Source of the DNA: the human T2T-CHM13v2.0 reference genome, Homo sapiens
DNA: 64,000 nt
Assembly: GCF_009914755.1 (NCBI RefSeq)
Contig: NC_060934.1
Strand: one strand, 5' to 3'
The translations under genes were made by a program, and so were the position numbers. Numbering within the stretch: the first letter of the stretch is position 1; each line of letters begins with the position of its first letter. Below are positions 14,690-31,085 of this stretch, piece after piece. Below the pieces are notes generated by a model. It was not told the DNA's origin, made no database searches, and saw only the letters and a program-made list of their open reading frames with translations.

Positions 14690-15030
14690 GAAAGGCCACA
14701 AACTGGAACGCCTACAGGGGCCTAGAAATAAAGTAGGCCAGCTATCACGTAATAGGGCATGGTGGGGACTGCAGCAAACTAGAATGGGTACTGATTTTCA
14801 GGACAGCCATGAATTAACTCCAGGTGATTGTTTCTTCCACAAGTGCAGGTCTTGTGTGGTCTTCTGGCCACACAAGACTTTTCTATTTCTGAAAGCACCC
14901 AGAATCTTGGTTTTATGTGAAATTTGCTCATTTTAAAAGTTTGTAACCAAATCAAAATATTAAAGCCACTGCATGGATCATAAAAACACACTTGTAGGCA
15001 GATTTGACTTTCAGTTACCAATGCTCAGTG
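14690..15030 (-). mobile_element. MER102-like hAT-Charlie DNA transposon
   Basis: gccacaaact...gcctacaggggcc...aatagggcatggtggggactgcagcaaactaga...ggttttatgtgaaatt...aaaacacacttgtaggcagattt match recalled MER102 rc. Confidence 0.7.
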
Positions 15031-15289
15031 TTCTAAGGCTGTATATGGGTGGTGATTCCAAACAGACCATGGAGAAATTCAAGTTTAGTCAGTGCACCCT
15101 GAGTCTTCTGTCAGTGTTAACAGATCATATAGTTCTTAGCACATAATGGGTTCTTGTTAAACATTTTATTCAAGAAAAATTCTTTCTCTTGAATAAAAGA
15201 ACATACTCAGTGTGAAAAAAAACTGCAGCATTCTTAGTCCAGTCGTTTTCATGTGTTTCAGCTGCTGCATCCCCTCTACCACCACCCCC

Positions 15290-15651
15290 CGATGTCCTGG
15301 GAAACACTCTCAGATAGAAATCAGTGTGCAGGTGGCTTAACAGGGAGGTACTCAGGAATAACACCTGGAAGGGAATAAAGGAAGCGGGGCTGGGCAGAGG
15401 AGGAAGGTAGGTTGTGAGACAGCTTTAACACAGGCCTCTGCCAGTCCCTGGGGGAGCTCTGAAGCTGGATTGGCCCTTCAGTGATCTCCTGAATTGAGGT
15501 TGGGGACTAGATCTTTGTCACTGGATGTGAGCTGCCCCTATAAATGGGATCTCAGCCATCATCAGGCATTGCCCATCCATAGCAGCTGGGGAAATGAGTG
15601 CCCCGACCCAAAAAGCAAGAGTCTAGGCAGCACACCGCAGCATCCACTATA
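15290..15651 (-). mobile_element. LTR16-family (ERVL) solo LTR
   Basis: cctgggaaacactctcagata...ctcaggaataacacctg...ggaagcggggctgggcagagg...ggggagctctgaagctgga...caccgcagcatccactata. Confidence 0.75.
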
Positions 15652-15893
15652 CTTGTCAACCCTTAGCGTAAGAAACTGCACAGGGAAGTCCAATATAAAG
15701 CCCAGTCAAGCGGAGATGCTCTGGTTACAGAGTCCAACTCCACTCTTGCTTTTTCTATCCTCACTTTCTTACCCCAGGGCAGCTTCTAAGAATGCATATT
15801 CATCTCAGAGTCTAGAAACAGCCCTCAGAAGTTCTTTGCCTTAGTCCTCAAGTATCCCCTCATCTGAGCCCCTAGCGAAGCCCCTTTGGGGAG

Positions 15894-16237
15894 TGTATTA
15901 ATCCATTTTCATGCTGCTGATAAAGACATACCCGAGACGGGGCAATTTATAAAAGAAAGAGGTTTAATGGACTTACAGTTCCACATGGCTGGGGAGGCCT
16001 CACAATCATGGCAGAAGATGAAAGGCATATTTCACATGCGGCAGACAAGAGAAGAGAGCTTGTGCAGGGCAACTCCCCCTTATAAAATCATCAGATCTTG
16101 TGAGACTTATTCACTATCACAAGAACAGCACAGGAAAGAACTGCCCCCATGATTCAATTACCTCCCACTGGGTCCCTCCCACAACATATGGAAATTCAAG
16201 ATGAGATTTGGGTGGGGACACAGCCAAACCATTATCA
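15894..16237 (-). mobile_element. THE1 (MaLR) solo LTR, THE1B-like
   Basis: tgtattaatccattttcatgctgctgataaagacatacccgagac...gggtggggacacagccaaaccattatca; 5-bp TSD gggag (15889-15893, 16238-16242). Confidence 0.93.
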
Positions 16238-16863
16238 GGGAGGTTACTCCCCACCTTCAAACTAGAGATTAGCCCTGCTGTCTTTCCCTCTCTGCCTCAG
16301 CTAGCAAAACCCAGCCACCACTACCTTCGCCACCTCAACTCTCCTCTTGGAAAGGAGCCACACCACCTCAAGAGAAGCACTTAAATACCTCATGTCACCT
16401 CTTCAGAGAATATTTTGATAGGAATGAAATGATCTGAAAATTAGGATCAAAGATCCTTTCATTTAAAATGGTTCATTCCTGTGGAGATTGTTCAGGTTTT
16501 CTTCCTCAGACATCTCCATAGCATACTTGGCTTCCTCTTTGAAGAACAATGTAATTATAGAAAAAGAACAGAGAGCACCATGCAGATTGAAATGACAGGT
16601 TCTTAGTCCTTATAGAAACCTCAGTGTTGAATCCAGCAGCATTCAGATGCCCTTTCGTTCACCTTCCAATGTAAGCCTTCTCAAAACTGGAAACTTTTTC
16701 AAGGAGGCATAACGCCTGACTAAACTTGCCTTTCTTTCAGTTAACCAATCACCTTCCCTGCCTCCTGTTAAAGAGCTCATTATGTTGCCTTCTTACCCAT
16801 TTGTTTTCCTCAAAAATAGCCTCTCTTGGCCTCACCACTGAGTTTCTCTGAGAACTTTGTGTA

Positions 16864-16902
16864 ATACACTTGAGTATACACTTGAGTATAATACACTTGA
16901 GT
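16864..16902. repeat. Three copies of 12-bp unit atacacttgagt
   Basis: Exact copies at 16864, 16876 and 16891. Confidence 0.9.
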
Positions 16903-18564
16903 CATTTCTATGATATATTTTTTAAATGCTACTGGCTGACCCACATGGTTCATATATCACTTTCACCATGTATGAGCTTTTTCCATGAAATAAGGCCACA
17001 TTTATATTCACAGCGATCCTCTTTTCTTCTTCCCTGACCATTTCCTCACCTGTCCTCACCCTTCTGCCTCGCCCCCTCAACCACCACACATACCCAAACC
17101 GCTAAGAGCAATTCCAGGAGGGAATGTACGCCCTCTTGTCCCAATGGAACAATTTTTGCTATTATTTTTGCTCAACAGTACATTTGGCTGCACGCCTACT
17201 TATTCACCCTGCTTGCTCAGCTAAAGTATGTCATCTGGGAAGATTTAAACTATCAAATTCAGGAAAGTGGTTTTAGGACAGTGTTCGAAAAGGGAGACAC
17301 ATTTGTTGACACATGTTACAGATCCACAGTTAACGTCGTTTCCAGGCATCTTGTGCCAGGTTCTCTCCTTCACCAAATACCACAATAAAAAAAGGTGACA
17401 CACGAAGGCACAAAAGCATCTCGCATAACCCAGAAGCCGACACGCTCAGCAAGTACTACAGAAAAAGTGCCATCCTGCCTGACAGATATAACCTTTTCTT
17501 CTTGGTTCTGTTATTTTCGGAAAGGATAGGGAATGATTGCTTAAATTACTTAGGTTTGTATATTAGAAATTCTGGAGAATAGCATGCAAAACATTCAGTC
17601 ATGTAAGTGGGAAATTTTTAAATCTCCATTAAATAATATGGCTCCAAACTGCAGTGATCTTTAGTTCTCTATAGCAGCCCAAGACTCCACTGCTTCTCCA
17701 ACTCTCCATTCAAGGGGGAATCTCTAAGCCCACTTTTTAGGATAAACTCAACAGACTCAACAGTCAACAGCCTTTGCCTCTACTTACTTACACTGATAAC
17801 TTATGAGGCTGTTTGACAAGAATCATCCAATGAAGAGTCAATGCCATGACCACATGCCACCCCAGAATGAAACATCTTCCCAACACCATAGATTCCTTTC
17901 CCCCAAGGGCTAACACTTTTGATTTTACGCATAAATCATTTGTAATAGAGACATTTAAGCTCAAGTTCAAAAAGACTGGAAGTTAAGCTCTTAGAATTCA
18001 TAGAGGTAATTTAGTCATATGGAGACTCAGATAAAAGCAGAAAAGGAGTATCTATTTACCTCAGGACTTTTTTTTTAACTGGAAGTTTGACCTAGATGTA
18101 AAATTAGACTTTAAAGCTTACTGAGGGTTTTATCTTCCTTTTCTCAGCCCGCATACTTTCTACGGCTGTGTCTACCAAGACTTGAAAGGCATATTCTTGA
18201 AAGTCATAGACATCTAGTCCAATTTGTATAGCTTAACTGGAAGAGGCGTCTTCATCATATTTCATCAACCACATAATCAAGTTAACTTCAGAAATACCAT
18301 GTAGGAAACACTGGTTACTTAAATCAGAGTTCATAAACACAGATCACCTAGAAATACTTACAGAAATACATCTAGAAATACGTCACCAGGTCTAACTAAA
18401 GGAAATATGGAGAGGTGCTTTGTGTTTTCAAAGAGACAATGGTTGATCCTTTTATCTACACTAACAGTCAAAAAATAACATGATCTCTTTATAAAATGCA
18501 TCATACATAAGCCCAGATTGAGTGGTATTTATAAAGCAACATTTTGAATAAGCCAAAAACGAAA

Positions 18565-18715
18565 GACTTTTAGAACTAGAAGGGATTTTCTAGTTATATC
18601 CACTTTATTTTTTCAGAAGAAGTAATGGAGAGCTAAAGAAGTGAGAGAGGAAGCATTTACCCCTACTGTCAGAGATAAACTCAACAGACCCAAAAGCCAA
18701 GTCTCTTCCTCTCTC
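18565..18715 (-). mobile_element. MIR/MIR3 fragment
   Basis: ttttagaactagaagggatt...ttttcagaagaagtaatggagagctaaagaagtgag resembles MIR3 rc; highly diverged. Confidence 0.45.
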
Positions 18716-20714
18716 TACTTCTGCTGAAATTTGTGAATCTATTACGACAAGAGTCACCCAATGAAGAGTCAAGCTGCGACTACATTCTGTGTCAAGCCAC
18801 ATCAGAATGAAGATTTTCCCCAGGTCCCCATGTTCAAAGTTCAGTGAGTTTTATTCTGTACTTCTCCTTTAATAGCACTTATTTTCCATCAAATAATACA
18901 ATATCCTGCTTTGCAAATGAGCAACAATGGAGCAGATAGAGAATATTAAGTTATCAACAAGAAGTTGCTTACTTGGAGATGTGAGTGGTCAGAGACTTCT
19001 CATATCCTGTGGTCTGATGGTAATCATTCCTCTTAATGGGGATTGAATATCGGTTCTGAGGGAAGAAATCAGAAAGCCATATTCTAATGGTTTTAAAAAG
19101 CACCGACAATGGTAGTGTGCTTTTTTATTTTTAAGAAATATCAACTGAATGTGTTCTTTGTATTTATTACAAAGTTAAATAGCCACTGTAATTTTCATGT
19201 CTTTTGGTAATTTATTTTCTTTTGCATTGTAGGTTAGATTTAATAACAAGGCCACCTAAATGAATATCTTGTGACTTTCCTGTTTAAGTATTTGCCAGAT
19301 CTAAGTTATTTCAGATATAAGATTTTCTAGCAGGGAAGAGAAATCGAAATCCACTCTTATCTAGTAAGCTCACTTTAACACAAATAGAATCTTGAAGTCA
19401 GTACTTTTGACAGGGAAATTCTTGCTGGTATGTCTTCTAAGCCACAATTATTGAAGGATGAATACTTCTTATTTCCATTTAAACTACTTTTCTAGGAAAT
19501 GGAATAGTAAAAAAATAAAGTTGAGCATGTCTCATACAAATAATATAAAAATACATCTAAGGATCCAGTGGTGACTGGCATCTGAAATTATAGCAATGAA
19601 ATGAAGAAAATAATGTGAGTCCCTCAAATGTCAAGACCCAATGAGAAAAAGATCAAAAGTGAGACTGAAGGTGCACGCTAGATTATATTCCTAACAGGAA
19701 AGGTTAAGAACTGATGGTCAATCCTGGCCACTATCTCTTTTGGATTTTACCTCATTTTTAAAAGTTTTTAAAAACACAAGGCTATTGATACAAGGGCAAA
19801 GAAAAGCTATAAGGAGAAACCATAAAAACAGAAACTTACAACCTATAAAAGACAGTTCAGAGGAAATTTAATTTTGGCATATAAAGTCTTAACCAGCCTA
19901 TATAGGATGCCAAACACAGTGACTACTTCTTCAAAAGATAGATAAGAAAGCTCTAAGCTTAATTGCAAAATAAAGCAAAATAAATTTGAAACAGGTGTCA
20001 TAAAACCACCCCCCTTACTTTGTTTTAATTATAGAAAAATCAGGAGTTCATCTATACAATAACTTGCCAGGAAAAGATAGCGAAACTTAAACACTAGGAG
20101 ACCTTTCAAGAAGCAGTCACTATAACTGAAGTCTTCAAGGGAATTGGAGTATTAACAGAAGATAAACCTTAATGAACTAAAGAGGCTTCAATTATTCTGA
20201 TTTTTAAAAATTTTCTCAAACTTAAATGTTGTACAGTGAAAAATAAATTAGAAGGGTCCAAGCAAAGCTATTTTTTTTCCTGTAAACTTCACTCTTACCG
20301 TAAAACCAAAGTTCAGATCTCTATATTTTTTTAATGTTTGAAAGAGTTAATTTTTTTCTTTAGGAAAATCCAATGGCCTCAGCTCTTGCCTAAAGTTGAT
20401 TCAGCTGTTCCTAATAACTTTTTAATGTTGGTTTCTTAAGGCATCTGGGAAGCTTTCAGAAAAATTCAGTAAATGTGAAGATCCTCACTGTACACCAAGA
20501 AAAAGAGACACTGCTGATGCCAAACTGTGCCATCTTCACACTGAGTTTCTAAACAGCATGTTTTCACAGCAATATTTTGCTTTGAAAGATTTAAGAGATT
20601 CAGAAAAAAAAATTCACTACATTAGATTTCCCACATGAAAACTGTTAGCTAAAAAAAATTGTCTTCATTTTTGGTTGAGTTAGTTGGTAAGATTTAAATT
20701 AAAATTACGTTTAA

Positions 20715-20862
20715 TGGCTGGATAGAGGAACAGATGAATAAATTAGGAATAAATCAAATAGAATAATGGTAGAAACCAGGCTGTGGAAAAATGTGCTCAC
20801 TATAAACTTTTTTCCAATTTTATATTTGGACATTTTCATAATTAAATGATGGGGGAGAAAAA
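20715..20862 (+). mobile_element. Old L1M (L1ME-type) 3' end
   Basis: aatggtagaaaccagg...gtgctcactataaac...ttccaattttatatttggacattttcataattaaatgatggggg. Confidence 0.55.
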
Positions 20863-20983
20863 TCAGTTAAGAAAGAATGACCATTCTGAATTTTATCAAC
20901 CAAAAAAGGCTTATTTCACCAGCCACAAATCAAACCAGACAGCAAACAATTTTCCAGTGAGTTCATAAGTGATTAGCTCACAT

Positions 20984-21529
20984 TGTTGTCAGATGGAAGG
21001 TCTTGACTGTGAGTTGTCCAGGTTCTTGGCATGTTGAACAAAGAATTGAACAAAACACACAAATCAACAAAAGAACAAGGCAACGAAAGACAAAGAAACA
21101 AAACAATGGAGTAATGAAAGTACAGATTCATTGAAGTGAAAGTAGACGTCACAGAGCAGGAGCAGGCTGAAGCAAGTGGCTCATGATCTTCCCAATTACA
21201 ATCTCCTTTAGTGTTTTTATTAGCCTAAAAGAATTTGGTAACACCCCTAGATTACCTTTAGAGGCCTCCAATTGGTTACATGCTATGAAGGATTGGCCCA
21301 GAACAAATCAGAGGCTGAAGTGGAGACTTGACCCATGGCCAATCAGAGGCTGAAGTGGAAACCTCTGTCTTGTTGTCACAGGGGTGAGGATGGGGCCTGT
21401 ATGCTGCCCATTCTTGCCTAGAACTGGCTGCACCTGCTGTTCTCTTGCTTATGTGAACTGGCTGCACCTGCTGCTCTCTTCCTTATGCCTTAACTCTGGG
21501 TTTCCCTAATTCCCTCTTCTCCTGCCTCA
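20984..21529 (-). mobile_element. ERV1 solo LTR, MER51-like
   Basis: Minus strand begins TGAGGCAGGAGAAGAGGGAATTAGGG and ends ...CAACA; 4-bp TSD acat (20980-20983, 21530-21533); internal duplicated aatcagaggctgaagtgga and gaactggctgcacctgctg units. Confidence 0.8.
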
Positions 21530-22181
21530 ACATTATGTAGGAACATTAGATCAGTAAGTTTGGGTCTGAATAGAAGAATTATTTGGCAGATATTCCAGGT
21601 CAGCAAATAGATGGAATGTGGATAAGAATGCATATTATTCATTCAAAAAAATGTATATCTTAACCTACCTCCAAAACCTGCACCCTGGAGACAGATTAGG
21701 TACTCAGAAGACCCAGTGATGTCTAAGGAAGAAAGAGAGTAGACAGGTCCAAACAAATTAGGACCACAGGAGTTCATGACTCCCTCCCCAGGTACCTCTG
21801 TATCAAAACCAGGTTGTTCTCTCTTTACCCATGATTGGAAAAGTCTCTACCAGTTGAAATCACCTGGCAAGGACCACAGTTTTCAGCAGACAACAGGAAA
21901 AGATCCAAGGTTTGCAAAACTCCAGATGGGGAGGACAAATTCATTGGTAGATAGGGAGGGTTGGGGTCTACCATGAGTTCAGGTACATCAACAAGAACCT
22001 GAAGCCCACGCTGGCCAGGGAAAGTAGTGCAGGCAAACAGGGTTGTACCTTCAGATCCTAAAGCTTTCTGTCACAAATCTTGTCGTTTGGCCATCTGAGG
22101 GAGGTAACAGTTTTGGGGTGTTTTTGCAGGTAGAGAAAGGCTGAGCTCCATAGAAGTCAATGAAAGCAGGTAACTGCAGAG

Positions 22182-22857
<676 letters not shown>

Positions 22858-24179
22858 TCATACAGGCAATGGCTAAGACTTTGAGAGTTCTTAATAACAT
22901 CTGCCATTGTAAAAGTTATCTTCATATTGATAAGTATAATTTATATATATAAAGAAAAATCTTTGTGATAGTAATGAGCTTCAAAGAGAGGTGAGTGACC
23001 AAGTTAATTTGTGTATGATACCAAACATGGCTTAAAAAGATAGTTTTGAAATAGCAGACAGATTATCAAATTTGAATTCTTCAAGGCACTTAGCTGTCTT
23101 CCCCTTCCAAGCCTTTAAAAATCATTTTTTAACAGTTTAGCAGCTTGGAAACACAATTATAAATGATTTCCTTATGTCCCAAACCTCGTGATATAAACAA
23201 ATTGATTAAACCAAACCCAAGTTGCCAGTGGCTGGGAAACTGGTCTTTACCATTCAATGGACACCTAGACCTAGCCTGCCTCTCTTGTCAGGTCTCACAG
23301 AGCCCACAGACTCCCCAGACACAGCAGGAACCAGGCTACTGCTCTTTCATTCATGCCTTCTCTCTCCATAGCAAACTCCTACTTATTCTAAAGGCCAGCC
23401 AAAATTGTATTTGGTCATCTTTTAGCATTTCTCACTTTAAAACTCAGAAATTCTCAACCCTGTTTTTCAGAAAGAACAACCTGAGCCATAGGGAGAAAGT
23501 GAATCTCCCAGGATCCCAGACAGTTAATTGGCCTAGACAAGAATAATATGAAGGTCATTTTTGATCATTGTCATTCACAATCCAGTTGTCTCCTGTGCCT
23601 CCGTATGCAAAGAAGTCTACATTCCTGACTCAAGAAGTCAAATGTATTTGTCTTTCATGCTAAAACTAGAAGGACATTCATTTGTATTATATTTTGTTTT
23701 TGTACCTCACCAAAACAATGCAATGTTCTATGACAAACATGAGTTGTGTTTAAATCTGAACTCCAAGTTGTTCCAGGGCAAAGGTTATGTCCTATATTTC
23801 TTTGGCATTTCCTCTATGGATTTATATAGAGCTCTTTCACAACACTGAATCCTGAAAGGTTAAGGAATCACTCTGTTTTTTTCTCCTTTTCAGAATTATT
23901 TAATTTTAGCCCTAGCTTTGATTCATTCATTCAGCCAGCAAGTATTTATTAGATCCCAGTCACGTGGGTGAGACATTAGAGATATATGATCTTCATGTGC
24001 CTTTCTTACATCCACAAGGAGTGCCAGAAGGCCGTGTGATCCTGATAACACTGCTGTACCTCCTTACCCCAAATCCTCAAATCTTCACCACAACTACATA
24101 CTAGAAGACCATTAGGAAGAGCCCCAATGGGTTTACATCACTCGTGCAAACGGTGACTTTCTCCCATACCACTCCACCC

Positions 24180-24435
24180 CATACGAGTTACCACTCTTCC
24201 CTAACTCCTGAAACCATTCTGCCAGACCCTCTGTAACGTACAGCAAAATCAGCCAATTCTTCAGCTATGCTTAGAACATTCCTTTCCAATGACAGCCATT
24301 GAACCATGCTTCCATAGAGCCCTCCTAAGTGTAGACTGCTTTCTCCTCCACACCTGTAGATCTGTCAGCCTGGAGGTGAGGTCGTAGTTTTCATCACTCA
24401 CCATTGCTGCTGCCAGATTTTGTCCTTCCAACCTC
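24180..24435 (+). mobile_element. L2 internal (ORF2) fragment
   Basis: Pyrimidine-rich stretch (agccctcctaagtgtagactgctttctcc...cattgctgctgccagattttgtcc) resembling the reverse complement of the L2 at 13200-13300. Confidence 0.45.
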
Positions 24436-24830
24436 TTTTTTGTTTAGACTCTGTTTTTTATACCTATATATTAGTAATAAACACTTCTATTAATCTAATC
24501 TATAGTTTTATTTTTAATGTTGACTGAATATATAGCAGTTTAACACCTATTGTTGAAGATTTATACTATTTTCAGTTTTTAATCATATAAACTATATTGC
24601 CGTGAACAACTCTGTGGCTAAATTTTAGCATAGTTTTTGGTTGTTTCCTTAAGACAATTTACAAAAACATAATTATCCTTGAGCCTTTTACAACTATGTC
24701 CAAGTCATAAAACCAGAATTCAGCCAAACGACACCAAGTGTGAATCATCCTCTCATTGGAGATACTAGTACCAACAATTTCTGTTGTTATAATTAAAGAT
24801 TATTTCAATAAGCTAACATTAATTGAGCAC

Positions 24831-27939
<3,109 letters not shown>

Positions 27940-28231
27940 TTAAGCCCTGCACTTCATCACAGCAAAGTTTTCTTGTCAATAGCTCTAAAATATGACATGC
28001 TGAGTATGAAGAAATTGTTCCTCATGGACAGCTATCATGTTTCAAAATCCACTATCAAATTTTCCAAAAACCAAGCTTAATGTATTTTAATAGATATTTT
28101 CACCTTGGGTTGCTGCAAAAGGGAAAGTATCTGTAGCTGCTCATAGCTTTTACTTATTGGGCACTTCTTTTATGTTGTTACTTTTCTGCTCTAGTACTCT
28201 ACCCATGCCTTGATACAGAATGAGACCAAGA

Positions 28232-28478
28232 GCTCGTTATTTTGCCCGTTAGTTGATGCGATTTCTTCATACTGTCGATGGTCTTTACAATTTGGCATGT
28301 TTTTGCAGTGGCTGGTACCGTTGTTCCTTTCCATGTTTAGTGCTTCCTTCAGGAGCTCTTGTAAGGCAGGCCTGGTGGTGACAAAATCTCTCAGCATTTG
28401 CTTGTCTGTAAAGGATTTTATTTCTCCTTCGCTTATGAAGCTTTGTTTGGCTGGATATGAAATTCTGGGTTGAAAATT
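28232..28478 (-). mobile_element. L1PA ORF1 C-terminus and inter-ORF fragment
   Basis: Translates as NFQPRISYPAKQSFISEGEIKSFTDKQMLRDFVTTRPALQELLKEALNMERN, the L1 ORF1p C-terminal domain. Confidence 0.95.
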
Positions 28479-28569
28479 ACCTGGTATATAGTAGATAATC
28501 AATAGGTAAATAAATGATTGGGTATGTCTCTACTATTCTGGATTCAGTATCTCCTTTTTTATCAACATT

Positions 28570-29450
28570 ATTATTTCTATGCAATCAAATGCACAGACTT
28601 AGTGTATACTTTGATACATTTTGACAAATGTATAGCCCCTCATCAAGATCCAAAACATTACCATCTCCCCAAAATTCCATGCCCCTTTCCAGTCAATCCC
28701 CTAGATTCAGGTGACCACTGATGTGATTTCTGGTGCCATAGCTGATGTGCGCCTGCCCCAGAGCTTAACGTGGTTTTCAGAAGTTAGGCTCTGGTGTGTG
28801 GATGTCTTCCTAGTTGTGTCTTGGTGTTTGGATGTGTCTAGGTATATTGCTCATCATGATCATCTTACTTAGCCTTCACTTGTCATTGAGTTCTTATTTT
28901 TAATCAAATTTGGGGAATTTTGAGGCAATATTTCTTTAAATGTTTTTCTACCCATTCCCTTTCTCCATTTTTCCTAGAACTCTAATTACACATAGGCTTG
29001 AGTGCTTCATATTGCCCTACAGGTCATTAAGGTTATTTTCATATTTTTCCATCTTTTTTTCTCCATGTACTTTGACTTCCATTAGTCTGTTTTCAAATTC
29101 ATTTATGTTTTCTTCTCTTGTGTCCCATCTGCTGTTAAGTCTATCAATTGAATTCCCTGAATATCTTTTATTTCAGTTCTAGGGTTTCCATTTTGTTCTT
29201 TTTTAGTTTCTAAACTTTACTTCTGAAGGAAAGTTGACTGTATCTTCATTCATTATATCCATCTTTTTCTATATATTCTTTAAATATTTATCATGATTAT
29301 TTTAAGTTCTGCTAACCCAGTGTCTAAATAGTCTGTGACTATACTATTGAGTAATTTTTCTCTTGACTATGGATGACTTCTGTGTTTTTATATAACTCTT
29401 TTTTAAATTGCAGCCAGACTTTATGTCGAAGGACCAGTAGAGGCTGAAAT
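28570..29450 (-). mobile_element. Old L1M fragments (3' end at about 28570-28745; ORF1-region piece at about 28880-29450)
   Basis: aaatgcacagacttagtgtatactttgatacattttgacaaatgtata...cagtcaatccc; atcaaatttggggaattttgaggcaatatttctttaaa...ctctaattacacatagg. Confidence 0.65.
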
Positions 29451-29914
29451 CTGGGGCTGGGATATGGCTTTATTTCTACTAGCACAGCTTCTGAATATGA
29501 AGTCCAGGAGTCTAAGAACTGTCTTTGTTTTTCAGACTACCCCTTATATTTCTGCACTGTCACAAGACAGTTGCCTTTGATCTTAGCATGAGTTGAATTG
29601 AGTGGGGATTTGGTTACAGCTTTTTTTAGACTCAGATCACATTTACCTACAAACACTTTGAAGATGTCTAGGCCTCTCCCTCTAGTAGCATCCTGGGGCC
29701 AAATTTTGCAGGACTTCAAGATTTCAAGTACGCGAACTTTTTAGCCTGCTACAACTTGAGGCTGTGAAACTGCAGGAATATAAGACTATGAAACTCCAAG
29801 ACCACTTAACGCCTCAAGGCTGTGAGAATGCAGATCAGGAAGGTGAAGAATTATGTGTTCAAGAGTAGGGGATTTTGAGACTGTGAAAATGTGAGATCAT
29901 AAGATTGCCTTCCA

Positions 29915-30305
29915 TTTTTTAAAATAGACCTTCTTTCTTAGAGCAGTTTTAGATTCACAGCAAAATTGACCAGAAAGTACAGAGATTTCCCATATACTCC
30001 CTGCCCTATACACATACAACCTACCCTACTATCAGCATCCCCAACCAGAGTAGTGTATTTGTTACAATTGATGAACCTACATGGACACATTATTATCACC
30101 CTAAGCTTGCAGTTTACCTTAGGGTTCACTCTCAATGTTGTACATTACATGAGTTTGAACAAACGTATAATGGCGTGTCTCCACCTTTATAGTATCATAT
30201 AGAATATTTTCATTACCCTAAAAATCTTCTGTGCTCTGCCTAATGAATAGTGTGACCCTCTTTACCCTCCTTAGCTCCAACCCCTGGCAACCACCTATCT
30301 TATGT
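29915..30305 (-). mobile_element. L1MC/L1MD-type 3' end
   Basis: ttagagcagttttagattcacagcaaaattgaccagaaagtacagagatttcccatatactccctgccc...acccctggcaaccac. Confidence 0.85.
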
Positions 30306-30519
30306 TTTCCACTTTTCAGCCATTGCTTAATGGCGAAAGTCATCTTAGAGAGTTTGGAACTCTCTATATCCAAATCTAACACAATATCATGCAGGTCTGT
30401 CAAAGACCAGTTGCTTTTTCCTAAGCTGAATAAAAATCATCCTTCTCCAGCTGGCTTTCTCTGCCCAACTGTTTCCATATATGAAAGTATCCTCTGTCCC
30501 TTGGTTACCAGGAAGGTCT

Positions 30520-31085
30520 TGTTACTGACAAAGCTGGTCCCCTAAAAAATAGGATCTTTCCCTTTTGGTGTCATGAAAGCAATATACAATACCAAAAGTG
30601 TCAAGCAGTGCAGGCTTTATTCGATGGCCATGGAATTCAGAAGAAGCATCAGGCTCATAAATCAACTTCTCAGGTCATGAGAGCCAGGAGCCCACAAATA
30701 AATGGCATCTTCAATGAAGGGTCTAGGCATTAACAGCAAAGGGAGGAATATTCATTTATGACTTTTCTGGGAACAGGCAGAGGACTTCTTGGAACTGGAG
30801 TGCTGCCTTTCTTTTTGTCCTTTTGTAGTTTCTTCCAGTCTTTGTCACTGTGATTTTCAACTGTTACGGCAATAGTGGAAGTGTTGTTTAGCATAGAAAT
30901 TAGATTATAATGACGTCAGAGGTTCTTCATATGTCAAATGAGCTGCCATCTTGGATTCCACGATTTCAGCCAATTTGATCACGAGGAGGATCATCTGACT
31001 ACAAGCATTCTGTTACTTAAAGATAAGCAGAGTTAAGGCAGGGTAGAAATTCAGCTAGGTCATATAGTCCTTACACTGGATAACA
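30520..31085 (-). mobile_element. ERV1-class solo LTR (MER4 group; subfamily uncertain)
   Basis: tgttac...taaca termini; ctttatt (AATAAA on minus) near the left end; aaagggaggaatattcat and gctgccatcttgga motifs typical of MER4-group LTRs; TSD not clear. Confidence 0.6.

Noticed and set aside
14478-14936. 152-aa plus-strand ORF
   Set aside because: Second half lies in a non-autonomous MER102-like element; no homology or splice context recognised.
19500-20150. Possible CR1/L3 remnant
   Set aside because: Only faint resemblance by eye; needs a Dfam HMM search.
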